DNA of 64,000 nucleotides, taken from positions 2,356,001 through 2,420,000 of the forward strand of contig AP026123.1 in NCBI GenBank assembly GCA_030295235.1, in the 5' to 3' direction. Under the pieces are notes generated by a model that made no database searches, had not been told where the DNA came from, and saw nothing but the letters and a program-made list of their open reading frames with translations. This document shows, piece by piece, positions 35,552 through 45,944 of this stretch; within the stretch, counting starts at the first letter, position 1, and every line of letters begins with the position of its first letter. This DNA comes from Fistulifera solaris. Lineage: Eukaryota. The position numbers and the translations under genes were made by a program.

Positions 35552-36948
35552 TTATACATGTTCAGGTACCGCCTTTTGGGAATTTCCACAGTAAAGACTC
35601 CCGGGTTTCCTCGCATTCGTATCGGCTCGTTGAGCCAATGCGCTTCTACTATTTCGGTGCAAAATTTTCCAATCCCACTCGCGGGAGCTAGTACTTTCTG
35701 TTGCAAATCCTTCGAGTTGAGTTCCTTTTCGTTCGCCATCCACGTTTTCCCTATCGTTACCACGCCTATCACACAGCCTCGGTCAAATTTGGGGCGAAGA
35801 TTGCTTGCTTTTTGTATCTCGTCGCTAGACATGCCCTTTTCTTTCAGAATGGTCTTGTAGGACTCCAGGTCATGCCAATCTTTCCGTCCACAGTGCAGAA
35901 GAAGGCGCGTTCCCGGTTTGATATCCTGGAACATTGGATTGTTGCGGCTTTCGACGGTCTTGATTCCGTTCAATAAAAGAGCAGCAAACGGCTGTGACAT
36001 TGTGAAACACGGCCTTGCCACCATTTCGCCTCCTGTCAGTATCGTAGCCGAGGGACGACCTTGTCCATTGGTATTTGTTTCGAAATCAACCCTGTCGCCC
36101 GTCTGCAGTTTCATACCGGCAGGAACTTTTGATTCATGCACAAAATATTCGGCACCCGTCGCTTCATCCACCACAAATCCAAAACGTTTGGTGGGTGAAT
36201 AAAACTTGACACTTCCCGAGCATTTGGTTCCAGCTGGTTGGTTGGGCTCGGCAATTTGCAAATTGCTCGCATCCAAAATGTATCCCATCCAGTGCGGATC
36301 ATTGTGACCGGCTTTCAGTTCACTGAACTTGTGCAAGGCCTTTACAAAATGCTCGATCGTCAGACCCCTGGGCGTGTGACAGGACAGTACTCCCAATTGG
36401 GACGTTTCTCCCAAATTCATGCGCGCATCATCATCAAAAAAGAGCATGGAGGAATACGAGACACCCGATGCCGCACGAATATCGGCCAAGTGTTGTTTCT
36501 TACTGCCGGTTCGAATTTCAATGTACCGAAACAAGGATCGCAAGGGTGTTGTATCGATGGTAAATTCGTGCAACAACTGTTCTGCCCAAGTACCTTTGCT
36601 GGTGCGACTCGCAATCGCTAGTTCCACTTCATGCAACGGATGACCGGGTTCGATATCCTGGATAAACTGGAGTATTTCCATGCTGGCCGGAAACAAGCGA
36701 ATATCGCGATTCACGACCGGACGCTGTCGAATTTGGTACAGCTCGGGCGTCCAGAGTGTATTGTCGAGATCAAAGATAATGACCTTTGGAACAGCTTGAA
36801 GCGACGCCAGACTTTCGAGTGTCATCGTACTCGGTGCTGCCGAAGAATGCAATCGAGTCGATCTGCCCGGTCGAGTCGTCATTGGGAAACCCAGCGATCG
36901 ATTCGGAAACGAGAGAAATGCCAACCACAAAATGCGACAAATAGACAT
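35552..36948 (-). CDS. MDP-1-type HAD phosphatase + cold-shock domain + ASCH (EOLA1-like) fusion with plastid-type presequence
   Basis: IIFDLDNTLW, AIASRT and LFFDDD (MDP-1). GSVKFYSPTKRFGFV...EYFVHES (cold-shock RNP1/RNP2). CFTMSQPFAALLLNGIKTVESR...WLNEPIRMRG (ASCH GxKxxExR). The stop at 35552 assumes a 1-nt indel near 35575; the track ORF runs on to 35434 into the TBC gene. Confidence 0.85.
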
Positions 36949-38783
36949 GACTGTGTGGAAAAAAAAACCACAGGAATCCGCTATCGACCACCCAAAGACA
37001 TATTAGATGTCAATCGTTCCCAATCGCAAGATACCTGGTATCTCTTTGGTGTTGATAACATATCAGATATTCCTCATAAACAAGGCAATGGAACCTTGGA
37101 ATGGACGCGACCGCGACGACGGTGCGACTTTGGTTTCTGCCAAAGGGATAGGGATATCATCATCAAGACCACAATATTATTATTGACCATAATACAAAAG
37201 AAGTCGAATCATTCATGAGCGCATATGACTGAGTTCTGACGTAGATAATAACTTCAATGGTGCAATGCAAGCTGAACTAGCTAGAGTGAGTAGCAAGTAG
37301 CATGAAAAATTTATTATTACTGGCACGGTATAATGAAAAGATATCGTTGGCGACTTGAGTCTCATGACTGATTTTCAGTCGTGGGAAAGGTCGCTGGGAG
37401 ACACGGGAACGCACCTCTGCTTGGTACATTTTTCTACGGGGCCTACGTGAGTGTACACTTTTTCCCGAACCATCCCGGCTTTTAGTCAACACGGAAAAAC
37501 CTTTCGCAGTCCGCAGGGATTAAATATGCCGGTGAGATGATGAGATCGTACAATCCTTTCATGAGGATCGAGCTTGATTTTGAATTTTTTCAATAAAAAA
37601 ATATAAGATGTAGCTTGTCATTAATGGCATGCAAACAATCTCCTACTCCGAAACAATTTCGGATGCAGTCGTGGTGAAAGTTCAATTTCTTGGATGTCAT
37701 TATTTATTTTAATGCTTTAGAAGCAAAACTCATAAGATTATTAAAGCTGCAGGCTTTGGTTGACAACTTTGATCGCAGATCGCAGAACCGCACTCCGTGC
37801 TCCGTGCCCTTCTTATCTTTAGAGAGAGCCAATTTCGTACTCCTTCATTTCGTAAACTTAGACATTTTCAAAACTAATAAGTACAAAGACTGAAGACCTT
37901 AGATCCTATCTTCTATGGGAACGGGTGTACGATGTGTGTGTGTCAACCTGGCTCCAACGGGCGATGCCAGACCAGAGATATCAACCCTTACGGGGACGTC
38001 TGCGATCTGACAACATAGACCCATCTAGAGAGAGCCTCTTTTACGGAGTACCAGTACTTGTACGTGGTCGTTTTCTTCGAGGAGGTCCAAATATCCGAAC
38101 CCATTATCGTCACTCGTCACGTCATCGTGCATCACAGGCTACTGGCCACTGGCCACTGTCCCGTTGCGTACAGAAAACGGAGAATGTGATGATACGTGAT
38201 AAGTGATAAGTGATCCATTGTACATGGTACCGGTACTGTACTATAATGATGCACAATTTCTAAGTGTTTACCATTCCCCGTGAGGGAGTGGGCGGATATT
38301 ATTGTATTTAACCCGATTCCTGATACGAGATATCCTGACTACTTTCGTCTTTCGTACCAGGTAATCTACTTATCAAGAACAAAATATATATCCCGAAAGA
38401 ATAATCTTGGCCATAGTAAGGAAGTAGGAATATTTCTCGCTATAGTATTTTATTCGAAGTACATGGTTCGTATTTATCGCGGGAACAGTGTCAACTGATA
38501 ACAATCACACTAGCGTACAGAGTACTCTAAGTGTTGAACGTTGAACGTCAGCCGCAAGATCCTGATCCAGAACATTCCAATTGCCCCAAAAGAATAATCT
38601 TCGCCATGCTTTCGCCCGATCGACCCAATCGATCGAGGTCTTTTCGACCTTTTAACTCTTTCTCAAACTCTAGAGTGAACGATAAATTTCGAAGAAAGAC
38701 TTCGCAGATCGTAGGCTACGGTACTTGCCAACTTTCTCCCATTGATTACGTTGCATTTGATCTTTGACGCATTTGGCCCCGAC

Positions 38784-39470
38784 ATGAGTTCCTATTACTG
38801 CAGCGCTCTTTTATGCCGCGGACGAGCTTCTCTTCCTTGTGAACATTGTGGTTACGTCAAGTATTGCTCGGACCAGTGCCGAATTCGTGACCGCGAACAA
38901 CTTCATGGAAAGCTCTGTCCCCATTATCAAAGAATCGGATCAGAAGATGATCCGAGAGGCGTGCTCATGTTCGTTGAAATGCTCTATGCCAGAGCTAGTT
39001 GGTATCGTGCGTTCGAAACGGATGAAAATGTGTGTCTTTTTGCCAAAGGCTGTTTCGAAACGGGGAGTGTGATACGGCAAGTTCATACGGGACGACTCCT
39101 GACGATGGACATTCTCTTGCACGAAATGTCCGCCGAAGAGCGTCGTTTGACTATGATGAGCGTGGCGTGCTGGCGAATCGCTCACATGCATCCGGACGAG
39201 AACAAGATACGTATCACGCTTTCCAAAACACCGATGATCTGCCATCGATGTCGGAGACGCCATGGTGATACTTTTGGCATGGTTCCGGATCGCAACTTTG
39301 GTGGCTTCTTATACTTGTGTGTTGACTGCGAGCGACAGAATGAGCTAGTCGTCGATTTGTTCCAAGTCCCATGGAGAGAGGAGTCGACTATTAGTCGAGA
39401 GCGTTTTCCGGCTTGGCTACAAGAATCGCTTCCGAGCAATCTATCGCCTAGTCCCCAGCAACAATCGTAG
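38784..39470 (+). CDS. MYND-type zinc-finger protein with second C-terminal CxxC..CxxC site
   Basis: C-x4-C...CEHC...YCSDQC...HGKLC at the N-terminus; CHRC...CVDC near the C-terminus. Confidence 0.7.
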   Translation: MSSYYCSALLCRGRASLPCEHCGYVKYCSDQCRIRDREQLHGKLCPHYQRIGSEDDPRGVLMFVEMLYARASWYRAFETDENVCLFAKGCFETGSVIRQVHTGRLLTMDILLHEMSAEERRLTMMSVACWRIAHMHPDENKIRITLSKTPMICHRCRRRHGDTFGMVPDRNFGGFLYLCVDCERQNELVVDLFQVPWREESTISRERFPAWLQESLPSNLSPSPQQQS

Positions 39471-39650
39471 ACGTCCCATTTTCGTGCTGTTTGTTAAGTA
39501 AGCGCAAGGGGTAATTGTTATTTTGACGTGAAGCTGCCTAAATAGTTACTTTTGTTTTGACAAAACGTAGTCAAACATCGCTTTGCGCTAGAGAAATGGC
39601 GATGATAACAAAAAAATAACCTTTTGTTTATAACGTTTACCGTCCTAACA

Positions 39651-40491
39651 TTAACGCGGACGTGGTGAAAAGTATAGAATCGGAGCCGACGCACTCGCGT
39701 GCAAGGCCTGTGGCCGATGACTCGCATTTTCGGGTGGACCGGAACCTACGGCAGGAGGCGACGAGTGTCGACGCGGAGAACTGTGAGAAACCGAAACATC
39801 GTCCAGGGCACCGCCAAAAGCACTATCGTTCATAAGGGTTCGGGCAACAGGATTTTCGCAGGCGGAGCGCACGCTGACATGCCCATCGGATGGGTAGCTT
39901 TCCAGCAACTGCAACACATGTTCTTCAAGGCTGGATGAAGTCGTGTTCAAGCTACATTCACTGGAAACCGACATGGATGAGTTGATGGCATCATCCGAGC
40001 CATCGCATTGTTCCATGATGCCATGTGCTGGTCGGAACTCATTCAATGGTACGCCAAATTTGTAGCTAGGAGACTCCCAGGGCTGATGTTGCTGTACGTT
40101 CACCCCTCCATCCGAATCAGTGTTTATTCTTACAGCTGAAAGACGTTCAAAATCACTCCCTGGTGTTGACAGGCGCGTAGCCTGCGTTCTGTTCTTTAGT
40201 ATTTTCGACGATCGCGATTCGATTGGACATTGATCAAATGGCGCCGATCCTATCGTTGGCTGAGACGTCGCTTTTGAAGAGGGAAAATTTAACGAAGACA
40301 GAACTGTAGTGTTGTCACTTTTCGTCCTTGCCATCACATTCTCTTTGTCTTTGGCAACATGTTGCAACCTAGTGTTTACGCAATGCGGTGAGCATGAGTT
40401 TCAAACTGCCAACAGATGCCCCATCCAATACTTACGTTTTTCGTGTATGAGATTCTAATCGATTGGGGAGATGGTGAACATTTTCAGCCAT
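39651..40491 (-). CDS. Hypothetical Ser/Pro-rich disordered protein (intron 40369..40435)
   Basis: ATG at 40491 (MAENVHHLPNRLESHTRKT) is spliced via GTAAGT...CTAG into the 39651..40367 ORF. Confidence 0.6.
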
Positions 40492-41544
40492 TTTTAGATG
40501 AATCTGTCGTCTTCGGAATCCTTTGTGTTGTGGATTTTTTGTATGAAAAAGTGCAGCTTGTCAGTCCTCAAAATGCTTGCCCTCCACGATTGAGAGCGAA
40601 TAACTCAGAATGCAAAGATACCGTTGCAAGATTGATGAATGCGTTCCAAGATCATTCAAATCGCTCGATTTAAAAGGCAAACACGCCAGTTGACGTTGAC
40701 AGTTGTATCGGAATAAAGTAATGGCGATTGATTAAATGCTCAACGTCAAAGGGTAGAGTCTGTTGCTACAGTAGCGCTGTTCAACTCGACTTGACCTTGA
40801 TTTGATAATACACTCTCTAGTAGCCCAATCGGTTGCTTTTTTACCCTGGCTTCGATTTATTTTGACATCAAACAAACAGTTGTCGAGAATTCTTTCCGAT
40901 ACATCAGATCTTGGTAAACGCATTTCAGTTGTGGATCCTATCTACGAAACATGTTATATGAAGCAGTGACCCGAGACTTATAATTGTAATCCGTATTATT
41001 TCGACTTGTCGAATGTAGAGATCAAGGCAACAGTTTGTGTTTAGAGTCCTTTTGAACCGTTGTACATAATGTCAGTCACAAGCTGGCATGCGTGACTTTC
41101 TTCGGCCCAAACGAACCCTTTCGGTGACCTACTATCCGTGATTGATCCTCGACTGGGTTTTCTTACCGGCTTACTAAAACGGAGGAGGGAGAAACGACAG
41201 CATCTCGGATCAACATGGCACATCGTTGCAAGTGAATTATTTGATCAATAAGAAGAGGTATGTGAATTTCTAAATGATAGTCGCGAAAGAAAATATACAG
41301 ATAGACGCCATAGAAGACCGATAAACGGAGAGATATGCAGGCCATCAAACTAAAACGACAAGCTGCATAAAATGACGGTTGGAGGTGTTTCTTTGCTTGG
41401 GCCCCCCAAGTCAATTAGCAAGCGTTATGCTACATCTCTTCCTCATCAAATGAACATTTGCAACTCTAATTGTGACCGGTTAAAATGCGCGTGACATGTC
41501 GTCTCACTCTTTCTGTTTGTCAATTTTTTACTTGCAGTTGAACG

Positions 41545-41862
41545 ATGACTGTCAAGCGACGCAACCACGGACGCAATAAACACGGACGAGGACACGTAAA
41601 GCGTGTCCGCTGTGTGTCTACCGGAAAGGCTATTCCGAAGGACAAGGCAATCAAGCGATTCATTGTTCGTAACATTGTCGACGCTTCGTCTTTGAGAGAC
41701 ATTAAAGATGCTTCGGCATACCAGGAATACCAGTTACCCAAGCTGTATTTGAAAATGTATTACTGCGTCGAAGCTGCTGTGCACCAGCGTATTGTGCGTG
41801 GTCGATCGCGGGAGCAGCGTCGTGTCCGAACTCCTCCCCCTCGCTTTGGTGCTCGTAAATAA
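41545..41862 (+). CDS. RPS26: 40S ribosomal protein S26 (eS26)
   Basis: [23 protein letters not shown]...[15 protein letters not shown]...LPKLY...IVRGRS. Confidence 0.98.
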   Translation: MTVKRRNHGRNKHGRGHVKRVRCVSTGKAIPKDKAIKRFIVRNIVDASSLRDIKDASAYQEYQLPKLYLKMYYCVEAAVHQRIVRGRSREQRRVRTPPPRFGARK

Positions 41863-42591
41863 ACTTTAAGAAGAAACAATAAAACATCTTCTCTATCAGT
41901 TATCGGACTAGACATTCATGATTTCCGTTCTATTAACTCTTTTCATTAGATGCAACTATCAATTCGACATTTTGCTAAAGATACGGAAACGATCATATTT
42001 GGGGAATGCCAGCATCTTTTGCAACGCAGGGCAAACCGGAATGTTTTGTTTGCTACGTAATTCGATCACTCTATCATCAGCCCTATTCTTAGCAACTGTC
42101 AACAACTGCGAACTTCTCTCCCACATAGAATGTTGTGTCGTTAAAGAATTGACCTAGCTGATAGAGCTAGCTGATTTAGTTATCTAAGGACGAAAAAGGG
42201 GAACGTTGCGATGCATATATGGTCTACGCGCTTTTCCTGTAGCCGCTGTACTGCATAATGTCTCACAGTTTACTCGCTAGTGATAGACACGACTCGACTG
42301 AATCCCGATCGCAATCGGAAAAGAACTTTCGATCGGCATCGAAAAAGAAAACTCCTCGTCCTTTCGTCGCATAGACTAGCAAGAACATAAAGTCGAGGAG
42401 TTCATTCGAAACAGAAGCAGATGATTCATTGACCGGAATCGAACTCCACGAGACCATGCCACGAGGAAAAGTGACTCAATTTAACGTCGCTCGAAAATCT
42501 ACAAGAGTATTCACAAATTATTTACTCCGTAACAGGCCCCGAGATAATCCAGAAGTCACAAACACAGATATCCTTTACAAAACGAAATACA

Positions 42592-43261
42592 ATGAAATTC
42601 AACGCCATCCTATTCGGCTTTACCTTGCTTGCCACAAGCAACACTGCTTCTGCCTTTGTCCTGAATTTTGGTCGAGCAACCTTCGTCACTGCGCACCGTC
42701 CGTTACAGTCGCAAACGTCCCCAACGTCCGAGGCCAGTGAGAATGCCGTCCAAGCCGCGTTAGCAGCATCTAAGAAATATGGTCCAACCTCCGCCGAGGC
42801 ACGTGTCGCTTGGGACGTTGTCGAAGAACTGAGTGCGGCCCGTTCGCACGCGAATGAAGATATCGAAGTACGAACCGTCAAATCCGCAGAACTCCGTGGC
42901 TACCTGGAAGAATTCTCTGCCTCGGAAGAAATGAAAATGAAACTAGCGAGAATGAAGGCATTGGCAGAAGAGATCCAAGCCATCAAAATGACTAGTCCTT
43001 CCTCGAGTCAAGACAAGGCCCCATCGTCCCCGCGGTGCAAGATGCACTTCAAAAGGCCAAAGAAGCGCGTGCGAAATACGGCGATCATTCACCCGAGGCG
43101 AAACTAGCTTGGGAAACCTTGGAAGAAATAGCTTCTCAGGAGAGTCACAAAAAGATTTGGAAGAAGCCATCAACTATGATGAGGAATGTTACGTCGACTC
43201 GGCCATGGAAGTATGCAAGACGATTGAAGAATTGAAGATGAAGCTCGGTCGATCGTTGTAA
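42592..43261 (+). CDS. CP12: Plastid CP12-domain protein with two CP12 cores (frameshifts near 43035 and 43150)
   Basis: Bipartite signal ...TASA-FV. Cores ARVAWDVVEELSAARSH and AKLAWETLEEIASQ. C-terminal ECYVDSAMEVC Cys pair. TAA at 43259-43261. Confidence 0.8.
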
Positions 43262-43342
43262 AAACACAGACCATGAATGTTTATAAATATAGCTTGCCTT
43301 TCAGTTGAAGATAAAAGAATAGATTGCCTTTTTTTAAAAAAA

Positions 43343-44147
43343 TTACAAAGCATCGAGTCGAGCTTTTAAATCCGGCAAGACCTCATCCAAAACTTCTTCC
43401 TCTTCTGCTTGTAATTTCTTTGCGGGAGCATTCAGACCCACCATTTGCTGATCCAATTCCACACCCAATTCAGCCAACACTTGATTTGTCAGCTGATCCG
43501 CCTCTTCTTCCATACCCTCCGAGTCAAAGGCATCCATCAAGACATCGTCCATCATTTCCTCTTTCACTTGTATACGTTCATTCTCACGCTGGAAATCAGC
43601 CATAATTTTCGTTGTCTTCTTAATATCCATCTGCTGATTGGCGACTTTCATGGATTCGGTAATGGATCCCATGGCGGTGACCGCCGCAATCTGACTGGCC
43701 GCCACCGTCGCATGCATTCCCATCGCCCCCACTTGCGCTTTGGCCGTATGCAATTTGTTGCGTTGTTGTCGCACTTGGACCATCTGTTTGGCTAATGCTT
43801 TGAGTGTTGGGTCATTGGCGCTACTGGCCGTCTTGGCTCGTTGTTTCAGTTCTAACGTTACTTGTTTTTCTTGTCGATCAAGTTCACGAATTTCGCGGTC
43901 AAGGTCGCGTTGATTCGACTGTGTAACAACGGGAGAGGAGAACATGAGATTGCGCTCTTTCATCAAAAAAATTATTAAAATGGAAATAGGATTTAAAAGC
44001 GGACCGATTCGAGAGTATGTTGCAGAATCAAACGAATAACATCAGATCCAAAAGAATTCAGCGTGAACCTACCCGAACTTCTCGTTGTGTCTCGCGCTTA
44101 GCTTTCTTCGCCGCTTCTTTCGGTGTTTCTTTCTTGAACCAGTTCAT
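43343..44147 (-). CDS. CHMP2: ESCRT-III subunit Vps2/CHMP2 (intron 43919..44072)
   Basis: MNWFKKETPKEAAKKAKRETQREVR|SNQRDLDRE...LAKQMVQVR...KEEMMDD...VLAELGVEL...DLKARLDAL (MIM1 motif). Confidence 0.9.
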
Positions 44148-44526
44148 TTTCAATATTAATTATTGGTTTAAGAACGCAATGAATTGCTTGAGTATTACAA
44201 GAAGTTCATTGTCTTTCAAGTCTTGCGTCGTTGTTGTTGTGCAACCGGAGTTTGAGTCTTGGCTCCTTTTTCGTTTCAGCTAAATTGCTATCTTTCAAGC
44301 TGTAGTCGCAAACTACATTTCAATCCAGCCTAGTTTTAAAACTCTACAAGATTGTACTTCAAAATGTCACACTACGAAAACTAGGGCGAGATGACAGATA
44401 TGACTGCATTAGCACAAAAGTTGATATATAAACTTACAGATTGATCCTAAAACTTTAAACCGCATGAAAACAAAATTGTTTCTCAAAACAACAAAAAAGC
44501 TCACGTTGAGCCTTCCTAGTCAAAAA

Positions 44527-45444
44527 TCAGCCGCGAGGAATGACAGTAATTTGCTGGTCTATCATGACAGATTCCAGCGTCTGCACTCTCTCTTTCAAGG
44601 ACGCATTGATGTCTTCCATTTCTCGGAGTCGATTGTGAACGAGCAATACACTCATGGGTTTCCGCGTGGAGTCCATAACCGAGCGCGCCAATTCATTGAG
44701 ATCATCGTCCTCGTATTGCTGACCCGTCTCTCGATTCACGACATAGAATACATCTTCAATCTCGTTCTCGCTCACACTCTTCGCGTGCAACTCAACCAAG
44801 CTACATCCTCTCGACGCCAATGCCGTGGTCATGCTGGCCAGCACCCCATCCACATTCGGTCCTCGGACCGTCAATGCCGTGATATCTTCGCGCACCGCGT
44901 TGGATGCTTCAATCGTGAACGAAAATTCGTGTTCACTCGTCAACTCCTGCAACTTTAACGTCGTACTGCGTTCGGTGTCAATGAACAACAAATTCAACAA
45001 TCCCAAGCAACATCCCAACAGGACTCCGGCCAAATTTCCGGTGAATTTGACGCGTTTGACGTGTTGGAGTTGCCGCTGTGCCACGGTCAGTGTATTGGGA
45101 GGCAAACCGGCGGCGTGTGCGAGCGACTCGACCGTTCCTCCGCACAGAACGCCGGCGGCATCGGAACAAACTTGTCCGAAGGCGGCCGCCGTCAAGGTCG
45201 AAAGGCCCAACGTCACACCAATCGTACAATCAATCATGTGTCCGGCTTGTAACATGACCGTCTGATCCATGAAACCAAAGCCAATCATGGGAACGGCGGC
45301 TCGTAAAAAGACGGCGCGGAGCTGTTCTTTCGTGGGTTCGGGTATCGTTTCTTCGACAAAGGAAGTTCCCGAAAGTGTGGATTTGTTTGGCCGACGTCGT
45401 CCGACAACTTGTCGACGAGAGAATGTGAGGCCAGTTCGTAGCAT
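44527..45444 (-). CDS. TMEM65: TMEM65-family membrane protein fused to an ACT domain and coiled coil
   Basis: Arg-rich presequence. AAVPMIGFGFMDQTVMLQAGHMID...GLSTLTAAAFGQVCSD (TMEM65). TALTVRGPNVDGVLASMTTALASRGCSLVELHA...IEDVFYV (ACT, ACR/GlnD-type). Confidence 0.85.
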   Translation of the reverse strand: MLRTGLTFSRRQVVGRRRPNKSTLSGTSFVEETIPEPTKEQLRAVFLRAAVPMIGFGFMDQTVMLQAGHMIDCTIGVTLGLSTLTAAAFGQVCSDAAGVLCGGTVESLAHAAGLPPNTLTVAQRQLQHVKRVKFTGNLAGVLLGCCLGLLNLLFIDTERSTTLKLQELTSEHEFSFTIEASNAVREDITALTVRGPNVDGVLASMTTALASRGCSLVELHAKSVSENEIEDVFYVVNRETGQQYEDDDLNELARSVMDSTRKPMSVLLVHNRLREMEDINASLKERVQTLESVMIDQQITVIPRG

Positions 45445-45944
45445 CTAGTCTTCTTTTTATTGTTGGATTATTCTGTTTCACACTTTCGGTTAAGGGGAAT
45501 GTATCTTTTTATCGTTGAGGATACCTTGCGTTGCGCATCATGAGAAAATCAATACCAGGTATTTCGTGATTTTCTTCGTATCTTCTTCGCACCGAATGGT
45601 GGGAAGTTTGCAAAACTGTAACGATGAGAATTCGTGACCAGACTGAAAGAAATGAAGCGTGGGATAATAAAGTTCCTCCTATCAACGTTCAAATCCAGTA
45701 TGGGCGAAATCAGGTCGAAGACTTTTTGTACTTAGCCATTTGGACCACCGTCGTAAATGTCACAAGCTAAGCAATTCTACAGACATGTAGATTGCAGACG
45801 TCCCAGTCAGCTCAAGAACGAGAAAATTCCTGTTCTATCTCTCTGTCACAATTTTCGCCTTCGTCCCAACTCCCAACAATAAAACCATCGAGCCTTTTGC
45901 TCGAAAAGCTCATCCATTCATAAACTTCTCGACGGAGCGTCTAG

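Noticed and set aside
37376..37680. CAGTCGTGG(T)GAAAG direct repeat as possible transposon end
   Set aside because: No matching inverted end or target duplication was found in the window.
45685..45710. GTTCAAATCC resembling a tRNA T-loop / B-box
   Set aside because: No pairing T-stem, acceptor stem or D-arm can be built around it.
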